A stretch of 64,000 nt of DNA from Octopus sinensis (taxonomy: Eukaryota): assembly GCF_006345805.1 (NCBI RefSeq), contig NC_043005.1:63922001-63986000 (forward strand), given 5' to 3'. Shown here in pieces: positions 41,067-51,998 of the stretch (position 1 is its first letter; each line of letters opens with the position of its first letter). Made by a program: the position numbers and the translations under genes. The notes under the pieces are model-generated. The model saw only the letters and a list, made by a program, of their open reading frames with translations, did no database searches and was not told the origin of the DNA.

Positions 41067-41591
41067 CACACATACATACATACGTACGTACGTGTATACA
41101 TGCATGCATGTATACATACAAACATGTATACATACAAACGTGTATACATACAAACATGTATAGATACAAACATGCATGCATCCGTGCATACATGCATACA
41201 TACATACATACGTAGGTAGGTAGGTAGGTAGGTAGGTATGTGCAGCCTGATCGAGAAATCCGATGCTCAGAGGCACTCAAGATGTGAATAAAAATTGATC
41301 ATGTGTCTGTTAGATTCCCAGTCTCTGTGTCCTTTTAAAAACAATGTAGCTTACGAGTTTAGGAAAATCTGACTACTATTTCTGGCAAGCTAAGAGACCA
41401 TCCAAAGTGACTCAGGTTGTTGACAATGGCAATGGTGGCGGTGAGGATTTTGTACTCATTATTAAGAAGAAACAAATTAATCACTAGTTATTCTACTATA
41501 TATACATTTTAGAGACGTTATGTGCCTTTTACATATGTACATATGAATATTAATATATATAGATATATATAAATATATATATATACATATG

Positions 41592-41659
<68 letters not shown>

Positions 41660-41975
41660 GTATATACGCACACACATATATGTATATATAAATTAATATG
41701 TTCAATAAGAAAGAATTATTTTCGAAATTTTTCTCTTATGAGGTTTTTCACGCTATCTACCTGATAATTTCTTGTTAAGATTCCTTATTAAGAAGTTATC
41801 CTTAATTGTTAAATTTATTCCGAAAAAACTTTTCCTATCCGAAATGCAATTCGAAGAAGCCCGCCATTTACCGGATGTATGATTTGTAAACTTCTCCATG
41901 TGCTTCGTTGGAATAGAGCAATTGGCTGTTCGACTTTGACGGTACTGGTCGTTTATTTATGATATGTTCAGAATC

Positions 41976-42043
41976 AGTCTTACTGATGAGCATGGTCGCA
42001 AATTTTTCTGCGGTAAGTGCGAAATCACAGGTGATATAAGACT
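41976..42043 (+). ncRNA. Canonical type I hammerhead ribozyme
   Basis: agtctta CTGATGA gca-tggt-cgca-aatttttc-tgcg-gtaag-tgc GAAA tcac-ag-gtga TA taagact. Perfect 7-bp helix I, G10.1-C11.1 present, helix III ATCAC/GTGAT, AUA site after 42036. Confidence 0.85.
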
Positions 42044-42218
42044 AAATTCATTTTTTAAATGTCTTGCTTTGAAAAATTGCATTGGGTATGATTAGTAAAA
42101 TTTTTTGGTAGAAATGACTGATGTCCCTCTTAGCGTGAGGCATGTATGTGTAACAATGCCCTCTATATATAAATATATATATATATATATGTATGTATTT
42201 AAAAGAGAGTTTGTATGT

Positions 42219-42268
<50 letters not shown>

Positions 42269-42449
42269 ATGTTCCTTATGCATTCCAAAACCGAGTTGCC
42301 GATTTTGATGTATGGGGTCTCAAAAGATTCAGTAAGCTTCTGGCTACCAACTAAGCTATATTTTCAGTCGCATATTCGCATTACAAATTTATCCATATCA
42401 TTTTCTTTTAGCCCCTATCTTAAACGATATGTATATATGTATATATATA

Positions 42450-42516
<67 letters not shown>

Positions 42517-43999
42517 TAGATATATCTCTTCAAATCAGAGTTATATATATCATTACCACATAGAAAAAAAAACAGCAGAGTCGAGAAAACTGATGACCTG
42601 GGCTAAATACATTGATGTTCTTGAGTTCAGATCACAGTGTATGCTTTCAGAATAAAGATAAATGTATCGTTGTTTCTAGCTATCTCTTCATGTGGGAATG
42701 AAAAAAATCCTCGACTTTTTTATCAGATAATCAGGAGGAAGAGTTGCACTCACAAGTAATTTTAGAATATTCGAGAGTCCTGTGAGGAGGGGGGCTTCGG
42801 AATTTATCCCCAACCCAGAGGCCTAAATGCATGCAACAGAGTGAACTCTTCTTAAGGGTCCCAAAATGTTGGTTGGTGATGGTGTTAAATCCGGCAATGT
42901 ATTGAATGTAATCCTGAAACAGATCGCGGCAAAATTTGAATTCAGAACACGAAATATAGAAAGCATATCATCCTATCCTCTGGTTTAACGATTCCACCAG
43001 TTGATCACTTTTGACAGCGAATATAATTATTGATCCCAAGATAAAAGCCAATGTTGACCTAGGATTGATTTGAACTTAGATCACAAGAAACCAGAGTAAA
43101 TATCACAATCCATTTCGTCCGCCTCAAAAAATTATCTTTGCCAAAGACCCATCGGAGTGCTAAGTTTTTAAATATTGTTACAGCACATTTTGAATTAAAG
43201 GTTTATTGTGCTTGGATTAACAATTTATCATTTCAAGCTTTGATAAGAATAAACTCTGGTGATATACTAAGACTAAAATTCCTATGACTACACTATATTG
43301 TCTGCTAAAATATGAAATCAGCACGTATGTAGCGAAATTTTAATTTTCTTACACAAATAAACTCCAGTACAGTCACAGACTCAGGCATGTACACATACGC
43401 ATACACATATATAACTATGCCTTTTATCGAAAAGTACACAAACGCATATAAACACGTCTTTCATCGTAAAGTTGACTGGAGGAACAACTTATTCATTATT
43501 AATCCATATAGATTTGCAAAACATCAACTTAAGGAAAAATGAACACAAAGCTGAGAGCAGGCCAAACCTTTTCATCATGTTATCACACAGAAACACTTTA
43601 GAATTAAACTAAATTACACGAAAACTTCAGTAAATATTAAGATGTGATGGAATTTCTGGCACGAGTCTTCTAAGCTATGGGGATATTTTGGGAAAATATT
43701 TGGGCAGAGTTCCCATTAAAGTGCATCAGTACATTTTGACGAAGAGGCTATTGATTTTTAAGTACAAAACAATGCTCGTGCAATACACAGAGAATGTAAG
43801 ACCTTGAGCATATCTGCAAATAAAGAAACCAACAATAACAACGCAATATCGATAAGTGAAGATCATGTGTGGATATAAACGTTCTCAAATGTATGTATAT
43901 TGTAATCACACACACACACACACACCTACATATATATATATATTATCTGCAAGTGTGTATACATATATATATATATATATATATACATAAATAAATATA

Positions 44000-44031
<32 letters not shown>

Positions 44032-44097
44032 CACACATAGGCACAAAAATGTATATGCATATATATATGTATGTGCATATATATATATATTATATAT

Positions 44098-44147
<50 letters not shown>

Positions 44148-44399
44148 ATATATATAAGGTAGATGTGGAAATAGTACAGAAGTGAATTCAATTTAACAAG
44201 GAATTTAATAAAATGACTAAAAAGTTATATAGATAAATAATTATAAATTATTTTATTAAATTCCTTCGCAAATTGAAATGTCTTAGATTTACTTCTGTGC
44301 TATTTCCATCTCCATCTTTCATATATAAAAAATTTGATTTGTATAGATCTCTAATCTTTTTTCAACCTATATATATATATATATATATATACATGAGTA

Positions 44400-44704
44400 G
44401 GAGGACTCCGTCGGTTACGACGATCTGCTGATGTGATCTGCGGAACAGCTTGCTCGTGAAATTGGCGTGCAAGTGGCTGAGCACCCAACAGACACGTATA
44501 CCTTTAACATAGCTCTCAGAAAGATTCAGAGTGTGACGAAGATGGCCCTTTGGAATACGGTCACAATTCATTCTTGCCAGCTGATTAGATTGGAGCAACT
44601 TGAAATAAAATGTCTTGCTCGTGAACACAACGTGTCGCCGGGAATCGAACTCTTCACCTTATGATCGTGAGCCGAATGCCCTAGCCACTAAGCCACACGC
44701 CTTC
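44400..44704 (-). mobile_element. tRNA-derived SINE with RTE-like tail
   Basis: Minus-strand head gaaggcgtgtggcttagtggctagggcattcggctcacgatcataaggtgaagagttcgattcccggcgac. Homologous to 6537-6822. Confidence 0.85.
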
Positions 44705-44773
44705 ATATATATGTGTGTGTGTGTGCACGTGTGTGTGTGTGTGCGTATGTGTGCGTGTATATTAAATAAATAA

Positions 44774-44836
<63 letters not shown>

Positions 44837-44930
44837 TAGTAATAGTATGAGAACAAAAGAAAGAATGAGAGCTCGATATTATGTAAATCGAGGAACTTGT
44901 CTGTAATATAATTTGTGACAAGTATTCGGT

Positions 44931-45006
44931 TGCCATAGTAAAACTCCAAGTTTCGGATGTAGGGGCGGAAATCTGCTCTGGCATCTCATCAGTTATTAAT
45001 ATGGCA
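44931..45006 (-). ncRNA. Type I hammerhead motif with internal loop in helix I
   Basis: Minus strand: tgccata-ttaa-taa CTGATGA gatg-(loop)-catc c GAAAC t-tgg-a GTT tta-c-tatggca. Helix II is one base out of register. Confidence 0.68.
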
Positions 45007-45036
45007 GCCACATAATTGTCACATATTATATTACAG

Positions 45037-45115
<79 letters not shown>

Positions 45116-45464
45116 TGTGTGTGTGTGTGTGTGTATGTGTGCGTGTGTGTGTGTGTGAATGAATATATATATACATATACAAGGCGCGTAAGATATGTTA
45201 GGACAGATTTATGTTAATAAAAAAACAGATTATAATAACAGATATTAAATTTATTTATCAAAAAATGCTATGTGGATAAAAATAAACCTTTTCTATAATG
45301 TGAGGTATACTTGCCATCTCAATATGGCTAACCACTAAGGGTGAGTGTTACTGTAGCTTGTAGCCCCAAGAGAACATCGTCTCCAGCTGGCTTTAGGCAC
45401 ACTTTCTGTGCCCTTATGGTATTTGCAAAGGGAGTTCATCCTTCCCTCGTCAACCTAAGTGATA

Positions 45465-45509
45465 CGCACGGACTGCGGTTTCTAGGTTTTGACCTGTCAT
45501 CAGCGTACG
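45465..45509 (-). ncRNA. Type I hammerhead ribozyme motif of the retrozyme-like unit
   Basis: Minus strand: cgtacg CTGATGA c-aggt-caaa-acct-a GAAAC cgca GTC cgtgcg. 6-bp helix I (one G-U), GUC site between 45471 and 45470. The 10.1-11.1 position is C/A rather than G-C. Confidence 0.72.
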
Positions 45510-45514
45510 ACAAT

Positions 45515-45528
45515 CACCGGTTTTCGAT
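45515..45528. repeat. Left copy of 14-bp target-site duplication
   Basis: caccggttttcgat, identical to 50845-50858. Confidence 0.92.
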
Positions 45529-45779
45529 TAATTCTTTATTATGATTATAAAATCAGTACATAGAAGAACAATACAGGACCTACATACAAAAAACAGTTAA
45601 GTGGTTCGTTTAAAAATTTCCACAATATATGGATTATTCATTATACAAAAAACTGTATTTAAATTGTCCTTTGCATTGACTAATATAACATTACATTAGA
45701 TTGAAATCTTACCGATATATTTTAAACCCCGGCAACCTATAAGGCCCCGCAGCTTTCCTTTCCTCTTCTCCATCCGTAG

Positions 45780-48700
45780 TTAAACTGGGTTTCTGACACC
45801 CACCTTTTTCGCCACTTCTTTCCATCTTTTTTCATACACACCTCGTGGTAAGGTCTTCTTTTCCAGCCCCATTTTGCTCTTCAGATGATATCTGAAGTAA
45901 GTGAGCAAGCCGGGGCCTGAGACAAAGGATCCTATTGCGACTCCTTCCATTCTTGTACGCCACATGCATTCTTTTACTACTGCAACCGTGCAGTGAAAAC
46001 ATGCCTCACCTTCCTTCGAGAGTCCAGTTGGCGGTATCATCTTAATCATAGACTCAGCCGACAGCTGTACTCGTCCCAGATGCGATAACACGTGTTCTGC
46101 GTAACTTATCAAGTCTGACAACTGCCGACAGTGTACAAAAGCGTGCTGGACGGTTTCATCGTCCAACCCGCATCTTGGACATGTCGGTGGCACTGAAATT
46201 CCGTGCCGCGATAACTTCTCGCGAACAGGTAAAGCATTCCTGTAACACTGCCAGGCCAGGGATCTTAGGAAATTATCCAAATACCCCGTCCTGAAAGTCT
46301 TTTTAAACAGGTTGGTAAGCTGGTCCTCGTCGAACCCCAGAGCCCCTCCTAGGACGTCGTCGTTCTTTGCCTCTACCAGACTGCTATAAAATACCGAGGT
46401 GGTATTTCCGCAGCCGGCCTTGCCCGCCTTGTGGATCAGCGTGAGTGCCTGTCGGCACTCCTTTTGCCATAAAATCAGATTCCGTCTTTTGATGCAACCG
46501 GGTTTAAAATTCACTAAGGAAGCCGGTCTCGGGAAAAATTCCCCTGCCAGCGGACTCCACACCTTATCACCCTCCAAGTGGTGCCAGAGATGCTTCAGCC
46601 TCAACGCATATCTGCGCATCATAAACCAAGGCATTCCTAACCCACCCTTTAACGGTTCCTGGCAGCAAACGGAGCGCCTCACAAGTGGCTTTCTTCCCTT
46701 CCACAAAAAGCGGAAAAGGATTCGCTCCAACTTGCTAAGCCATGAATCGGGGCAAGGGACAACGGTCAGGCGGTAAGTGATTACAGATACAATGAACATC
46801 TGTACCACCTCCGCCCTTCCTTTCAAGGACAGAAACCTTCCGGACCAGGTCCGTACTATGGTCTCCACCTTGTCCGTCACCTCACTCCAACTCCTCTCTG
46901 TTTGGGAGTCTGGCCCAAACCAAACTCCTAGCAACTTAACAGGACCATCTGTCCAGTGTCCCACGGCACTGGACGATATCGACTTGCTCCTCCAGGTGCC
47001 GAAGCGTAAGCCAATCGACTTGTCCTTGTTAACTTTTGCTCCTGCCACCGCCTCGTATCCTCTGATAGCATCTTCTACACAAGGTAGCTGAGCCTCATTG
47101 GACACGATGAGGGTGACTTCATCCGCATAAGCAGAAACCGTCCTCCCGCCTCCGATCTCATCCGGGTTACTTCCAAGCCTCTCCAACCTTCGCAGCAATG
47201 GCTCCAGAGCCAACACGTACAAAAGTGGTGACAAGGGGCACCCTTGACGAACTGAACATTCGATCGAAAACGGTTCCGTTAGGTAACCGTTTATCTGGCC
47301 GGTGGACTTGATGCCGCTATACATAGCGGAGATTCACCCGCGAAATTCAGGGCCCAGTCCAGCCGCTTCGAGGACCGTCGCCAGGTACTTATGGTCTACC
47401 CTAGCGAACGCTTTACTTTGGTCTAAATGGACCATTACCCCGCCCTTGCAGGTTAATTAACCCCCCCTATCTAAGGTGTAGCGTATAAGGTGAAGATTGT
47501 CCTGGATCGACCTGCCTGGAATTGCACATGTCTGTGCTTTCCCTACAAGTTTCTCCACGACAGTCGTCAACCTTTTTGCCAACACCTTGGCCAAAATCTT
47601 TAACTCTACATTAAGTAGAGTTATGGGCCTGTAATTACTAATGTTACCCCCCTTGCTCGGGTCTTTCTGGATTAGCGTCACCACTCCCCGGCTTACAGAA
47701 CTGGGAATTCTCCCGTTCTGCTGCCAGTTCGCGTAGACGCCTGCCAGTATTCCCCCGAACAAGTCCGGCATACTTTGATAAAACTCGTAGCGCAGACCAT
47801 CCAACCCCGGCGACTTCTCCCCGGCGCATCCGGCCAGTACCCCCTCTATCTCCGCGGGAGTGATCGCTCCTTCACAGCACTCCACCTCACGCCCCGAGAG
47901 CCGCGGTCCGTCGGCTAGGAAGTCCTTGAAGGCCCTCCCCCGCTCCGGCGACCCCCCCCCCCCCGAACGCGCGGGCGAAATGCTGGTGAAGAAACTTTTG
48001 CATCTCCTCCTGTCCATAGATCTTGTGTCCCTGTTTGTCAGTTAAAGACTTGATTGAAGCTTTGTTACCTCTCTGACTCTCCACTCGACGGGCCCATCCG
48101 GCAACGTTAATACCTTCTCGTTTCCCTGCGCGTAGCTTAGCTCTAACTCTGCAACCTTCGTGTTTGGAGTTAAGGTGACGGTACAATACCGTCCTTGCCG
48201 CAATCACTCCGGATGCAGAGCCAGATTCCATTGCCTCGTTTAGATTCTTAACTAAATCGTCCTCTATCCTAGACCTATTTAACCGTAGCTGATTGCTAAA
48301 TCTAATGGACTCTGAACGAATGGCTCTTTTGTTAATGATGGTGCCACATAATGCCCTCTGTACTAACACCTTAATCCGGGTACGGAAGTCTTTACAATTC
48401 AAAATAGACTTGTTCAGCTTCCAGTACCCGGGTCCCTGTCTATGGCACTTGTCTAATTGCACCCTACAAGTCACAAATTTGTGATCCGTGTAAGGCACAA
48501 TGTGAAACTGTGGACAACTAAACGTATCCTTATCTCTTTTCCTAACGAATATCCTATCTATATACGATCTGCGTGAGCCGTCGTTGTTACTCCACGTCCA
48601 CTGTGGAACGCTCGGCTCATCCAGTCGATAACGGTCTACTAGATTAAAGCTCTCTAGTAGACCCTTGAGGCTAGGGTTCCCCTTCCTATTGGTTGAGCCA

Positions 48701-49149
48701 ACACTGTCGACCCGCGCTTCGAGGACAGTGTTAAAGTCCCCTACTAAGACTACCGTTTTCGACGTCACTAAAAAGTGCTCCAGATTCCGAAAAAAACCCG
48801 ACTGCCTACACTCATTCAGAGCGTAGACAGCTACCAACCTGAAGGACTGTTTACTTACGTGGGTCACATCCAGAACGACCAGCCTGCCTTCTGGGTCCAG
48901 AAAGACAGTACTTACCTGCAAGTCCAAGCTCTTCCTGATAAGGACTGCCACGCCCCTTTCTCCTCCTCGGATAGGAGATATAAATTTCTAGAAACCATTT
49001 AGAAGAGGCGAGAACGCTTGGGCCCCGTTCATCTTGGACTCGGTTACAATAGCTACGTCCACTCCGTGTGTCGTGAGGTCGTTCAGGAGACAAATTTGTT
49101 TCCATTTCGACCCCATTCCACGCACATTCACACAACCCAGCTTTGCCAT
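45780..49149 (-). pseudogene. Tx1 ORF2 (APE endonuclease, RT, zf-RVT), disrupted
   Basis: Motifs: CVNVRG, LVGDFN, SYIDRIF, TDHKFV, GPGYWKLN, KSPGLDG, NYRPITLLN, VRQGCPLSPLLY, CPRCGLDDETVQHAFVHC. Stops at 48988-90 and 47334-36, frameshifts at homopolymers near 47952-64 and 47461-67, YADD changed to YADE. Confidence 0.92.
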
Positions 49150-49203
49150 TGTCGGAGAGAGAGAAAAAAATAAACTTACGGTTGGGACAGGGAGCATGAC
49201 AGT

Positions 49204-50610
49204 TTAAATCTGCATGCTTCCCCCTTCTTCCTCCCTTGTGGTTGTAGCTGCAGGGTTCTTAACCGGCGTTGCCATCGGGCTCTGGGTAGGTGTGGTTACC
49301 GGGGTTATAGTAAGTTTGCCCTCCAGTATTTCGTTAGTTACGTCTCTGATAAGGTTATTTTTAAATTGTTCTTGGAGTGTTTTTTCCTTCCACTCGTCTT
49401 CCTTTATTTTTGCAAAACGAGTGGTCGACTTAGTGTCTGCAGACTTACTGAATAATTTCAGTTTTGAAAATTTAAAATACTTAAACACTCTATCGTTCCT
49501 CTCGTCGAATGCTACAATCTTTTCATTTTTTTAATCACTTTTTTCCAATCTTGTTTTATGGGGAGGGGCTTGGCGAACTGTGTTCCAATGAATACAGTGC
49601 CGTGGGAGTAGGGCTGGGGAATTTGTTTTGTATGTATCTCTGCGGTGTTTGCTGATTTTTTCTTTGTTTGGGGAGGGGAGTCCAGGGTATTTTCTTTTTT
49701 TCTTTTGTGTGTCACCTGTGTAAATTCCATTTGTTCATTTTTATCTTCCGTTTCGATTCCCTTCCTTGTCGCAGTCTTGGGGTCTTTTTCCGCCTTTTCT
49801 TTTTCTGTGTTTGAAGCACTTTGAGGAGGGGCTTCGCTGTTTTTCTTTTTTTATGCAGTTCGAGCGGACGTGACCCTTTTCACCACATTTGAAACACCTA
49901 GGTCTGCGCCCCTCCACTGACACTCTCATTGTAATTCCCTCCTCAATAAATACCCTATCGGGTAAGTTTTCTAGCACATTATTTCCTGCTTGAACGAGGA
50001 GTTCGAGCGCTTGTCCCTTCCAGTTTACTTCCTCTTTCCTTTTCATCTGCAGAATTGAGACTTTCTGCTCTACGTCGTGCAGAACCGCCGCTGCTACCCA
50101 CATTATATCATATCCTCTTGGTATGTCTTCCACATATAGTTTCGCAGTTCTTTTGCCCATACAGGTAGGTAGTAACATGATGTCCTCACTTTTTAAGGTC
50201 ATCGATGAAATCTCTCTTGCCACATCAGCCGAGTCGAAATGTGCTTCAACGGTAGCGCTGCGAGCACCTCGACTGACGTAGCGAATTTTGCTCCACACCG
50301 GGGACAAGCACTTCTCTACTATTTTGTTCTTCACGTCCATTATTTTTTTCTCTTTGTTACTGTAAACCTTGTACACGACTGTCTTGGCCTTTATTCCCTA
50401 TAATATCGCTTGCGGCGGTACCAGTTTTATTTCGTTGCCTTCCTTTTTGACCAAGTTCCGGTATTCGAACAACTGTTCTATTTTGAATTCCACTTCCGTT
50501 ACGGTTCCGCCCACTGCGGCCGAAAAAGACTGTTTTCTAACCTCGATATCCTTCTGTTCGCCTTTTCCCATCACGGGAAAGTCGCTCCTCGACGCCAAGT
50601 CGAACTCCAT
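49204..50610 (-). pseudogene. Tx1 ORF1 (gag-like, CX2CX4HX4C knuckle), disrupted
   Basis: ATG at 50610; in-frame TAG at 50398-50400; CFKCGEKGHVRSNC; two frameshifts in A-runs near 49845 and 49535; ends at 49204. Confidence 0.85.
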
Positions 50611-50844
50611 TTCTCAAATTATGAGAACCAATTTTTCAAAAAAATTACCCCGAAGGTAATAACAATGTTTATACACAGAATTTTCAGCCCCGTAAGGCGA
50701 AAATTACTGTCACACAACGGACAACTGTTCAAATTCACGAGCAAACACAAACAACGACGAACAAAAAACGAACTCACTCAACAAAATAGGCAGCTAACTT
50801 CTCAATACGCAGATGAAAGAGGGGTCCCTAGACGAGTGACAAAA

Positions 50845-50858
50845 CACCGGTTTTCGAT
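50845..50858. repeat. Right copy of 14-bp target-site duplication
   Basis: caccggttttcgat, identical to 45515-45528. Confidence 0.92.
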
Positions 50859-51434
50859 GAAAGGGATCCCAATGCAAATACTTATATCGTTTTTCCAGTA
50901 ACTTTTCGTCTCTGATCTCGAAAAACTGTATGCAAGCAATGATAAATCTCTGAACGAGGTATAAACAGTAACTGCACGACAATGTGAGGTATATTAGCCA
51001 CCTCAATATGGCTAACCACTAAAACAAAATGAAAACATAAAAACACGAAGAATATAGCTTATTATTATAGTTTAAAATACATACACAGTTATAAAATTAC
51101 ATACCCTTATATGTTTATTTTGATAACTGTGTAGGTATATATTCTTAACTATAAACGTACACTATGTTTTTTCTGTTTTTATTTTCTATTTTGTTATAAA
51201 TATAAAATATTTTTTATACATCCTTCCCTGAAGATATTGTCACTTCTTGAAATCAACCAAGTTAATTTACTTATTTTAAGTTAATTTTGATTAATTTTTA
51301 TGCTGCAAGTATTGAATATAAACAATTGTAGGACTGGACTTTTGAATGTTAATAAACTTTAATTAATCTTATCGCCATCATTTCTCTTGTTTTGTATATA
51401 TATATATGTGTGTGTGTGTATGTGTGTGTGTATT

Positions 51435-51511
<77 letters not shown>

Positions 51512-51767
51512 ATATATATATATATTATATATATATATATAATATATATATATATACATATATACACATATATACAGGAGTGGGTGGACAGACGACCTGA
51601 CCGATTCCCTATCCGCACGTGTATAATATTAATATTATTATATATGTACGTGCCTCCCTTGTTGGGCATTCATCCAGTCTAATTTTGGATATTTTTATCC
51701 CTCCGAGGTTTATAATCTCAATTGTATATGTATATATACATATATATTATATATATATATGTATATC

Positions 51768-51827
<60 letters not shown>

Positions 51828-51930
51828 CACATACATATATAGAAGGAGACAGGCAGACAAAAAGAAAGAAGCGCATAGCCAGGCAGACAGTGATTGATCA
51901 ATCAATAGATAGATAGATAGATAGATAGAT

Positions 51931-51998
<68 letters not shown>

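Larger units (their letters stand above)
45529..50844 (-). mobile_element. Full-length Tx1-clade (L1 superfamily) LINE, 5316 bp, disabled
   Basis: 234-nt 5' UTR, ORF1 with CCHC knuckle, ORF2 APE-RT-zf-RVT, 3' UTR ending aataaagaatta with no poly(A). Perfect 14-bp TSD. GC-rich relative to the flanks. Confidence 0.92.
45297..51022 (-). mobile_element. Retrozyme-like 354-bp unit with 42-bp terminal direct repeats, split by a Tx1 LINE
   Basis: Direct repeats at 45297-45338 and 50981-51022 (39/42 identical). Removing LINE plus one TSD (5330 bp) gives a 354-bp period. Contains an HHR, and the two halves are complementary (45419-27 with 50873-81; 45347-54 with 50965-72). Confidence 0.75.

Noticed and set aside
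45297-45338. 42-bp direct repeats as the TSD of the LINE
   Set aside because: The LINE has its own perfect 14-bp TSD nearer in; the 42-bp repeats are imperfect and belong to the host unit.
45339-45528. Tx1 target as a snRNA, 5S rRNA or tRNA gene
   Set aside because: The rebuilt target shows none of the U1, U2, U5, 5S or tRNA motifs I can recognise; an Rfam search would confirm.
46399-47091. Plus-strand ORFs of 104-125 aa, and similar ones at 49214 and 50410
   Set aside because: Antisense shadows of the GC-rich Tx1 coding regions.
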